64,000 nt of DNA from Ascidiella aspersa (Eukaryota), in assembly GCA_963924565.1 (NCBI GenBank), contig OZ004609.1, positions 26,226,001 to 26,290,000 on the forward strand, written 5' to 3'. The notes beneath the pieces were generated by a model. That model was not told the DNA's origin. It saw only the letters and a list, made by a program, of their open reading frames with translations, and searched no databases. Shown here piece after piece: positions 23,301 through 35,300 of this stretch. The stretch's first letter is position 1; each line of letters begins with the position of its first letter. A program made the position numbers and the translations under genes.

Positions 23301-26300
23301 GCAGAGAGTCGATCAGGGTTACGTACCGAGCCAAGACGGGGTCGGAGACCGGCAGCAAAATCTGAAAAAATAGGTTCACATAAAAAAATAAAAAAAAGCA
23401 TTTTGTTTTGGGCTAGTAAAACAAATTCAACAAAAAAATATTACAAGGTTAAAAAGGTGTATTAACTCGGCTTTTAAGTTGAATATATAAAGCTACTTTA
23501 CATTGACAATTCAGGAAACCTGTAAGCGTGTATGAGTTAAATAAGCTCACTGTTATAAAACACTTAGAATAGCGTCTACGTTTCTCACCTTTAATTGGCC
23601 CTTCGCTACCAAACAGGAGCTCTGCAAAAACAGGTAACTGTTAACCTTCATATTTTGATCAATATTTAAAAAAAGTTACGCGGGTAGCGCAATTTACACA
23701 CTAAACGTCTGCGTTAGTTTGGAATGCGGACGAAAACTTTTTTTGGCAAAGTTATTAGGTAAACTTAGCAGATAAGTCTTTAAAAGCTTGATAATAAATT
23801 GCAAAGCGAAAAAGGTCGAGTAAATCGACAGCATCTTGATTAAGACGTTTCGATACGAGCTTCTATCATCTTCAGTTAATGTGCTGAAGATGCTGAAACG
23901 TATTTAACTGAAGATGATACAAGCTCGTATCGAAACGTCTTATTCAAGATGCTGTCGATTTACTCGACCTTTTTGGCTTGGCAATTTATTATCAAGTCTT
24001 TAAAAATATTGTAATTTCTCAACTGCAAAATAACGTTAGATCTAAAACGGACTTTATGCGGACACCGTGTAATTGTAAAGTATAGGCAATCGTTAATATG
24101 CATTATGCAGGTCAACTTTAGCTGTTAGTATTCAACATTAGTAACTTCATTAAATGCCGTTTTGCATTTCTATATCGAAAAACCACGAACTATAAAGGCT
24201 AAAAGCATCTACATTTTAGAGTTCTCACTTTGTCTATACTCGTAGTACTGTTTTTTTAATATAGCAACTCATGAACCGATTCACCCGTATGTCAATACAT
24301 CGGTTAACAAAGAATAGTAGTATATCGTGATTTCATTAAAGGTGTCCGTGGCCCAGTTTTGGGTGGTCCATCATGGTTTTAACAACCCGCAAATGTATTT
24401 AAACGATTGAACAAAAGTTTGCGGCCAAACTGAAGATAAATTCACCCCTAGGGAGAATTTATCCCCTGTATTACGATTAGTTGTATTAAAAAGCAAGTTT
24501 TCTACACTTAGTTGGTTATAATTTGTTTAATTGTAAAAACGTAGCGTCGGGCTTGTATTTTAGCATATAAAACCGGCTTGCACTGTTAGTTTGTAAACGC
24601 GAATGCCATGCATATCCGCGTTCAAGGTCGTTCAGTATTGCATCGATGAAACGCAAAAGCAAACCTTCCCTTTCGCCAGCAAGCAAAATAAATGCACCGC
24701 CATCACCACAACATGCTACAAGACGAAGTTCGTGTATTCCAGTATATTTGATATGTATAAGTTGCAAGCAAAATAGAAAAAAATACAGCAGCCGTGATGC
24801 GGCGTCGTCTTAATAGAAAAACGAAAATTCAATAACAACGGCAAACATATGTAAGTGAAACGGCTTTTAAATACTTTTGGAATTCGGTCAAATATGCATG
24901 GTAAAACGGGATAAAGTATAATTTTATTAAACTTTTTTGACTTTGTTTGGTTTGTTTAAAGCTCTGTAATTGTTTATTGCTATAACTTTAAGAACTTAAG
25001 GTCAAAAAAGATAACAGTTCATAACGTTTTAGATGGGCTTATCGCATTGTTTAAGTGCGGTATTAAAGTATTAAATCAAGGATTTTTTTACAAAAACTAA
25101 AACGCATCGATGCAAGTTAAATAAAGGCACGTGCATTTGGATAATACGCTATTCGTGCGACTTTAAAACGATGCAACTGCAGTTCAGGGTGACGTTGCAA
25201 ACAGGTGCGATGACGTCACAAAAGTAATGAAACAAAAAATAAAAATATGATGATGATGATTGTCATGCATCCTTTCTGATTGTACTGATTGCAAGGGACA
25301 AAAAAAAAACGATTTTAAATTAAAAACGTGGCATAATGTCGACGATCGAAATCACAAGAGATTTTTTTTCGGGGGGCAAACAAAATGTTAAAGCAAATGT
25401 TCAAAACACAAACTGTTAAACAAAGCAGTCAAACATACTCCCAGGCGATGTTCAACGGGTTGCGTTAGTTACTCTTTTAGTGTCTACTCAAGCGTCCACA
25501 TTCACCGCGTTACACCGGCAAGTAAGCTAATCGCTACGCGCAAATGTTAGAGCTCGTTTCTCAACGCAAGCAATAGGCGACAAGGGGCAAAGTATTAGAG
25601 CAAATTCGCAGGACAGTGGGCAAAAAGAGGGATTAGCATACGAGTTGTGGCACCATTTAATTGAAAACGAACTTTATAGTAAATTAATATCTAAACTCAG
25701 CTATATTCCGAAATCGAATATTGCGCAATTTAGGATTTTGAACTTCAACGTGACAGTATTTTAAAATTTGGCCAACTTTGAGCAGATATGGTTAATTGTA
25801 AGCAGTTCAACGTTAACAGGATTGCAGACCGGTCGATTTGCACACAAAACCTATCTGGTTTTCGGGCCGGCGGGCTTCCACATTGGCGGCGAGGCCTTGT
25901 ACGGCGGCGACGGGAAAACCCCCCTATCATGCACCCTCTCCTCCCCCCCGGGCGCGTGGCCCCCGTCAGGGGTCCTGGCCTTTTTCTGCGAGGGCCGGCG
26001 CATGAGATTTTTCAGCACCGACTCCTTTCGCGAGACCTTGCCCTCTTTCGACCCCCCGTTTGCAGAGCCCCTTCGCCCCGAACTACCGCTGCTGGAGCGA
26101 CGGACCCCAGCGGGGGCGTGCATGTGGGGCTCGGGGGGCAGGACCCCGTGGCCCTGGTGAGGCGCCTCCCAAGCGATGCTGGCCTTGCGCTGCTTATTAG
26201 TGGCGTGCTTGGCGCCGGCGTCGAGGCGCTCATGCGTGTCCTCGTAGACTGCGTGGCCGTGACGTGTGCCCGAGAAAAGGTGACGCTTCCACTGGGGCGC

Positions 26301-29300
26301 CCTTTCGTGCATGGCGCGCGTGTGCTTACTCTGCAGCGGCAGCGAGACGGACTTGAGGTAGTGGATCGGCTGGCGACCGCTGTAGTCGCGGATCGACGGG
26401 TCGGCGTCTGTCGAAATAGAGGAAAGTAGGGTTTTTTGTGGGGGTGTGAACATGACGTAACACGAGTGGCGTTCGGCTAAGGTTTTTAACCAACACCTTG
26501 ACGTCGACCAAAATTTTTTTCTGAACTAAAATGCCTTTCTAACGAAGCGCATTTTATACGTGGATCGTTTAATTTGATCCTTATCAATTAACTAAGTAAT
26601 CTCCTTCCATGGTTTGCCCAATGATACAATAAAAAGCGTACGTGATTTGTAAAAAAGAAACGTTAATTAGATTTCTGAACAACGGCACATGAAAATATTG
26701 GTCCGATCTAAACTTGAGAAAATTTCCTTACCGCGTTTTCTAACTTTACAATCCCTGTGTAGCATTTTGTCTCACGTGGAAAATCGTTAACAAGAGGTAA
26801 TATAATTGAACACGTCCACGTTAAAATATACCTTTATAACAGATCTTTTTGAAAGCAGTAGGTCGCTGGCTTAAAATTTGCTGGCGAGTCGCAAGTTTTA
26901 AAAACACTTAAACCACCCAAACTAGCTAAGGGTGTTGGTCGTAGTCAGATTCTTACCACTTCCACAGAGTGTTTACCAGTATAGATAGACTATCACATGG
27001 CGAAGGAAGTGTATTCCGTCGGTGACTCACCGTAATCGAGGAGGTGGGTGATGACGTGTTCTTTGCCATGCATAGCAGCTAGGTGGAGCGGCGTGTAGCC
27101 CTGGAAAATCACAAGAGTTTAGCTTACTGCTCCTACCTCCGTGGCGGCACCTGCTTCCTAGGGGAGACAGGATATCGGAGAAATGGGCTCAGACCACTAC
27201 TGACTTGGTGGAATTCCCGGTCTCTTTCTTGGCCAATGGGAAGAATCGAGCAACAACCCTTATTTACATTCTTTACTTTTACATACTTTCGCTTAGTTAA
27301 TTTAACCCAGTGGTTTTCAAACTGGGGTCTGCGAGACAATTTTCCGGGACCGCGAAGCACCTAACAAAAAATCAGCACGGCGCCGCGAAGAAGAAAATTT
27401 TTGTGCAATAAAATTTTCAGGAAACTTACTTTTCCAAACCAGGCTTAACAAACAATAAAAATAACTATGCCGTACATAGGCCTAATTGTGTGACAAAAAA
27501 GCTAAACTCAGGCTCGACCTATACGCGCAAAGTGACAATACGCTAACGTAATTCCAACGTGTTTGCGCTCGTCGTCACAAGCTACAATTAGTTATTCATT
27601 CACGTGATTGCAAAATTTGAGCGGAATTGTGCATTGTGACGTCATAGTGTTGCGTTGTGCTAATGAGAATTACGTCTTTACAGATTGCTGCGCTGCCACT
27701 GTGATCTGTACTGTCACGGTTTAAAAATTGTTCGTGATTGCTTCACTCAAGCAAAGTGATTATTTTGTGTTTATCTGTGTATATTTTTAAGGGGTCCGTG
27801 AGCAACTTTAAGTTGCTAGGGGGCCGTAGCGTAATTTTTTAAAAAAAGTTTGAGAACCACTGATTTAACCATTGGTGGACAAAACCAAATTAACTATTGG
27901 AGGACAAAACGCTTACTGTTACCATATAAAGTTATCGTATTTTGATTACTTAATTACAGGTTAATTACAAAATGAAAAATTCTACTACAGTCTTTGTTCG
28001 CCTTGAAAGCAGTCGGCGATGAGTCTGTTTTGTTTTGTTTTGCTTTAAAATCCACAAGGATCCGCTATTTTTTTGGCGTGTAAGCAAGGCAAATGTTTAA
28101 AGCGCTTAACGGTGTACTTAAAATGGAGAGACGGGTATTTTTCACACTGCTGTAAAGTGGCTTCGTGTACAAGTAACCTATTAATTATACCAAGAAAACT
28201 CAACCTACCCCGTTCTGTGTGTTGTAACATCGATCATCGGTGTGCAGAAATAACATGAAACAAAAACAATAAAGTATACGGATTAGTTACTTGTGGTCAA
28301 TAACCAGGACACTCTGTTTTCAATATTTATTGCCCCCAATTTTTTTTTTCTTCAAACTGTCCAAATAGCCACGAAAATTGAATTAAAGTCGTGCAGTGAA
28401 AAGTGCTACCCATAACTGTTAGACAAATGTTATTACAAAATAGTGGTAATTTCAGACTCAGCATGGATTTTGTCGCTCATTTTATTCAGAGCCCAGTACT
28501 CCATAATCTCATCAAAGTCTGTAAGGTAATATTTTTTTACCAAGTAGACAGTTGACACCCAACGCAAGAATCGAACCAACGACCCATAGTGCAAGGGTCA
28601 ACACCTCTAACCATTACGCCACTCTTCTCGACAATGAGCAAAGAAATAAAAACTATTACATTAATAAAAAAAGTTTACGAACCGATCTGGCGTTGACGTC
28701 GATTTTTTGGTCGAGCAGCATGTTAACCATGTCGATATTCCCCTTCTTCGCTGCCCAATGCAAAGCAGTCTAGGTAAAAAAGGTTACTTTTTACGACAGA
28801 AATATCATAATACTACACAAAAAACTTCTTATTTTACTACAAGTGTGTTTAAGGTTGGGTAGTTGAATAATAATCGATTAAAAACAATAAACTCAAAAAT
28901 AGATGAGGCACAAGGTCAAACAATTTTAGGAAATTAAAGATAATAAACCTCATTTGTTACAGAGAAACATTTTAACTGCTATAAATTAAAAATTCGAATT
29001 AAGCAACACATTTCCCAAAATACTTACATACTATAACAGTTGGAATTTTCGTCAACAGGTGTCACACAGAAGCACACAGCAGAAAACATAAAATAATAAG
29101 GATTAAAGTGAGAAAAGACAATATTAGGTTCAATGACTGAGTTTGTTTTAGAATAAATATCAAAAATTTAAATTTATTCTTCGGTAGACATATTGGGTCA
29201 TCGCTAAAGAGTAGGTAATTATTAGATGTCTTTATAACGCAGAGCTTTTTTACTACACTGTGCCATGAAAAACATTGGTATATTATATTTAGGCAACTAA

Positions 29301-32300
29301 ATAAAAACATGAGCATACATTTTGTTTGGGTTATAACTATAGAGTAAAACAAAGCCCACTGGCATAATATTTAAGAGAGCAGTTAAGCAAAATTTAAAAA
29401 AACAATTCCGAACACAGTTAGTAAAAAATCCTGTACAGGAAGTACTAAATTATATAAAGAACAACAACAACAGCATCTAATAAAACTTACGCCCTGTCGT
29501 AAATCCGATGGTATTGGATTGATGGTTGTCGAAATATCCACAAAGGCAAAAAAATAAAACACATGACAGTTTAGGAAATTGTTTGTTGAATATATCAGAG
29601 TGGTTAACGCTATTATGTGCTATTTTACAAGATAGGCTATTAATGATATTTTGTTACCCGACAAAAATACGTCAATACTTCTATAAAGCTAATAACAACA
29701 CGACAAGAAAGGAACCACTCACCATGATGAAATCCTAAAAATAAAACAAACAAAATTTAAAAAAACTTAGAACATGCACAAAACGAGGCAATACGTGAAT
29801 GTAAATAGACGTTCTAAACAGAGTTCAGTAAAGAGATCTTACCAAAGCCTTTTTAATTTGTACTTACCCATTAATTTAAAAAATCTGCAAATATTTACAA
29901 TTTATGATATTTGAATACACTAAAGCAAATCTGCTGTACAGTATCAAACCCAGCAGGCAAACAGCAGAAAAATAATCTTACTCTTGAGCCTACAGGTTAA
30001 TGTAAGCGAGTTTGCACCTATTTTATTATATACTGTCATTTTGTTTTAAATATATTTGAGTCCTATATCAAAAGTGGCATCTCCAATATAGCGATATCCC
30101 TTTCATAAATATCACCAAACGTAATAGTCGAAATACCAGATAAAGATATGAAAATATTCTCACCTTTGTTGGTGCCAGGTTCGGCTCGATGTCTAAAAGC
30201 TTCCGCATCTCAACCATGTCGCCTTGACACGACTTTATGATCCACAACTTCTCGTTCGGGTCCAACTGTCAGAAAAGCAGCAAAATTATCGGATGGCCAC
30301 AGAGGCCTGTCGCATAGGGCGTGTCAAAACACAGGCGTTAACAGTGAACTAGCATATAATGGACATGGTACATATGATTTCAGAGATCCGCTTGCTTTAT
30401 TGGGTTTTAGTATATAGACAAATAAAGTACATAAAGGGGGTTTTTAATGCTGAGAATGTTTTAAAGAGCATGCTTATTTTAGGCCTGTATTCCTTGATGA
30501 ATTAATAGAATTAGTCGCAAAGTTTACCAAAACATAAACCAAGGCGCATTGACTTCACATATAGGATATCGTTCTTTTTACGCTTCTCAAATGTTTATAC
30601 ATCTGGTCACGGTTTGTTTCTAAATTGTTATACATGGTGGATTCGGCAAGTGTGACAGATGTAAATTTTACTCGCGCTGGAGCTGTGCTATTGCAGTTGC
30701 GCGCTAAGAGTGCACACTGTTGAGAGGCCGAAACTACAATATCGAAAGGAAAACTTACACTGATAGGAGGCGCCGTTCTCTCCTGGTCGTCATCGCCTTC
30801 TCCCTGTGACGTAACAATGCTATGAACAACAACAGCTCTCACAAACAGAACTTGAATTCAAATCCATAACAAATCGAGCGCAATATATTCTAGCTTACCC
30901 TTCCGCTATCCAGCGAGAGGGCGAGGGACGCTGTGTCTTCGCTTGGTCGCTGTTTGTGTTGGAAGTTCAGACGAGCTCTCTCTACCGAACCCACGTAGCT
31001 CGTCTAAAGGGGAGAAAATGTGAATTATGAACAAGTGCGTGAATTATCGCAAGTTTTTGTCCTTTTCAAACAATAATGTTTCTATCGAAATAGAAAATTT
31101 CTTGATCAAGAAAGGGAATTAAGCAAATTGCAAAAATATTTTCATTATTATTGCAATAGACGAGCCGTGCAAGCTAAGCTGTCTGATAAGTCAGCATTAC
31201 GTTAACGTTATATAGTAGTGGTTATCAACCTTTTCTGGACGTGTACAAACGATAGCGACGTTTACTGTCTTTGTGTCGCAACTGGTTTCATAAGAGTCAT
31301 TTTGCTCATATGCTTATTTTCCAAAAGAAAAACTATAAATTGAAAACCTCGCTCCTAGCTCTAGCAGATTTATAGTGGAGATCGATTTTATGTGGTAAAA
31401 TGGATAACTTACGGCAGACGCAATAAAATTACTCGTGGTATTTGGACCTAGTTAGTGACTGCATGTCACAAGTAGTAAGTGTACCACAGTTTGAGAACCA
31501 ATGTCACACAATGTAGGTTTATATAATTAAAAAATATGGCCACCCAAAGCAAGGGTAGAAGACTCTTCTAAATCATAGAGGCAATTACTTTTAGGCGGCT
31601 TTGAACTTGAAAGCAAAAACTGTCACAAGATGCGTTTTTACCGAACACACACTGGTTCGCTTACCCTTCTCACTAAGTGCTTCGGTCTCGGTGCCTGGCC
31701 CTTGTTCAGGCTTTCCTCAACCCGTCTCAGCTGAACGCTAAAGCTGCGCATTCGAGTCAGGCGCTTCGGCGGTTGTGAAAGAGCCGCTTCCATGTTGTGA
31801 CATTACAAACCAAAACTGACAAAAAGTAACCGGGGGCTCCGCGTCTAAACAAGTCGCCAGAAGAACAAAACAGCTGACGTCGCTTACAACGGAGAGCTGC
31901 TAATTGAAGTGGACAACGTTTAATCACTGCGGCGTCAGTAAAACTAAGCTTTACTAAGTGCAATTGAAGTCACATTTTAAATGAATAATACCAGCAATAA
32001 AAACACACCTTCACCCCAGCTCTTTTTAAAAGCTAAACTGTTGCAGTGTCTTTCTAGAGCTGTGTCTAAACAACGCGGACCGTTAGATATCAGTGCTTCA
32101 ATTTTCGGGAAACATTAGGCAGGGTTGGGTTGCTAATTGGAGTAGACAACGTTTAATAACTGCGGAGTCAGTAAAACTAAGGATTCCCACAGAGCAATTG
32201 AAGTCATATTTTAAATGAATGGTAGTAATGTAAACACACCTTCACCCCAGCTCTTTTTAAAAGCTAAACTGTTGCAGTGTCTTTCTAGAGCTGTGTCTAA

Positions 32301-35300
32301 ACAACGCGGACCGTTGATATCAGTGATTCAACTTTCCGGAAACATTAAGCAGCGTATGGCGTGGCATTAGCTGTTAAATCTAAATGACGTGAGATAATTA
32401 AGGTGGCTTTGTAACTCTTTACGTACTAAAAGCGCTTCTAATAGATTTATCCTAAAATAATGTTGAATAAACGGCTGCATCTTTCACCAGAAAACATTAT
32501 AAACATACCCTGAAAATCTAAGTATAACACAAAATTCGGTATTCCGTCGTGCCACGAAAAACATAAATCCGTATCCAACAAAAACCCCTAGCTTTTTTCA
32601 CGCTCGAGTTTTACGACGCGAGCGAACCTTGCATCACAACCCGGATATGGCAACGTAAAACAGGTAGGGTATTTCCCCGGCCAGATCGGCTTATTCATTT
32701 ACAAGGCAAGTTCCGGAATAAAACCGTGACTCTTTTTTGCGATATAACAGCGGCGCCGGCGCAACGGACGAAAAATCGTGAGGCAAAACAATGGGCGAAA
32801 TACACGAAAATATTTATATAAATTCCATATAAGTAACGATCAGAGGGCTTTTATGCACTAAAACATTAATACGGATAGCTTATCGACACAACTAAGTTTG
32901 GATCGGATGACGTAAGTCTTAAGGGAACCAAAATCTAATCGAGTCAGGTTATCTAGGGCCGCTCACTGATATTTTTTACAAGGACTTTCAAAAAGTAGAA
33001 AGACACAGAACAGGGGTTTTACAACCTTTTAAAACACCTTGGCATAACAACAGAGAAATTTGTGTATTGAGAGCAGTTCGGCAATTATATTGCAACAATA
33101 TAGCCAGGGTACCTGAACTTTTTCTACTTGCGTTCCTACAAAAAGTTTTTTTTTACCAGGGTCGCGTATCCCCTTCAGTCTGACCAGGAAAGAGAAGGGG
33201 TGGGACGCAAAAAGCGGGGGCAGTCGTCAAAAGTTTTAAACCATATACCAGATATTTTGTTATATATATTCTATAATAATTTCGGTGTTAATACGCCTAT
33301 TTCTAATGCAGACATTAATATTGGGATTACATGTTGGGGCTCCCGCATGGAGACTGTTCTGACTCTTAACATGACTAAAAAGTATAAAACGGTTTCGCAA
33401 AGACTGACATGCAAATCACACTTGAAACACCGACAGTCGACACCAAAAACAGCGAAAAAACTAATACAAGCTAAAGATACGCTGTTGTTTACTTCATTCA
33501 TTTAATATATATTTCATAATGTAAAGTCAGTGCCTGATGTTATGCGCCTTCAGTTCTACAAAGCAACGTTAGAGACATGCACGAAAGTCGTGACTGATAT
33601 TTCGTTAAATATTTTACAAGTGGTGGCTATATATACAGGGCACAGGCCTATCGTAAGCCACAACAAGTATATTGTTTTGGTACTGCACCAGGTTTAATAA
33701 CGTATATCGCTATTTGGCATGGCCTTGATGAAAACCAATAGCGAACCAAAAGGAAAAACGCATAAAAAGAGTATATATCATTTCATTTTTTACACAACAA
33801 ACTATACACGTTAAGGCTAACACCAACGCACTTACTTCGAAGTAATAATGCTATAACGCTATTTATCAGAGGTAACTATGCCATTTACACTGCAGCTATA
33901 TATAAAAGGAATAATCTAAACGCAAATCGTTATAACTTTCAACGCAAAAGCAGTGTATTTGTGCCAACACAAAAACAAACAACCTTTCACAACAATTTAG
34001 GCTAAAAACAAACCTTTCACATTAATTTAGGACCAGCGACGGACCGCACGGAAAACTTTGGTCGAGTCTATGTATCACGCTAACCTACCATTATTACAAC
34101 GGGACCGAGCGGCAGCAAACCAAATACGCAAAAAGGCTCGATTGTGGAATTGATTGAGCTCGATATCGCTTGACAAGTACGGCAAAGCGACGTGCCGCAG
34201 TGGCGCATATCCGCTCGTAATACGACAAACGCAGACTGATGAATAAAGCGCAAACGACCGACGACAACTTTCGACAACAACTCACAGTTGGTATGTGGCT
34301 GGGCAGTTTGTGCGACCGGCGCAAAAAACAATTAGCGTTCGATTTATTCCACAACTAGCAGAGCTTACGAAAACGATTTGTATAATCGAAACGCGCGTTC
34401 TCACTTATTTACATTTACCAGAAGCTAACCTGCAAAAAAATCGAAATAGAACTTGACTTTCTTCCTGTGTATTGCATGAGGCTGACAACTTTAAAAAAAG
34501 GCGCAAAACAATTCCGGACTTGCCACATTGCGTTCCTTAAAAAGGTGCGTTTTCCACGGCCGCGTGAGCAGCCAGCCTTAAATGCTCTTCGTGTCTTGGC
34601 CTTCCAATTATAAACCCGACAAGCAACAAGTCGTCCTCAAGGGCTTTCGAGCGCACAGCTAAATCCACAGGGCCACTGAAGCCACAACAGCGTCGTTTTG
34701 CACGGCATAGTTTAGCGCGACAGGGCAGAAAAAAGGCGGCAAAGACCGTTTTCACCTGTTTGTCGACCACGCGATTTTTTATCGATCGCGATCACCGGGT
34801 GACCGCCGGGGCCGAAAGCAAAGATTGCGCCCCTTTCAATAACGAAAGGGAATTCGGCAATTTCTTATTATGGCGCTTTCACAATTATTCGCAGGTCATG
34901 GATGGTTGGCGCACAGTGCGTATTGTTTGGAAAAGTCGGAACTCGGGAGTCGGGACGCATTCCAGTGGGCTCTCGCGCGGCATTTTTTTGCTAATCTGAG
35001 ATTGCGATAGGCTGAAATCTCTCGATTTTGTTTTGAGCTCTGCTCTCCTGTTTTAACTAAAAGAATCGCTTCGCCGAGGTTGGAGATTAGCGGGTGGTGA
35101 AACGCTAACGCAGCATCAACAACGTCAGACCTTAAGCTTGGTTTTAGCAACATTGAAGGATTATATAGTTTGAATTAAGTAGTTGTAACGTAACGGTCAT
35201 TTGAATCAAAACGTCTGTATGCGCTTGTATTTACGGCTTTTGTATGAAACTAACGCATTTGACAGGCTCTAATGCGTTGAACGTTTTGATTTCACCTAAA

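Noticed and set aside
25768-26429. 213-aa and 130-aa plus-strand ORFs
   Set aside because: Antisense shadows of the GC-rich Sowah exon; no recognisable motifs.
28554-28625. Functional tRNA gene (also 56695-56772)
   Set aside because: A and B boxes are present but the acceptor and anticodon stems do not pair; treated as SINE heads.
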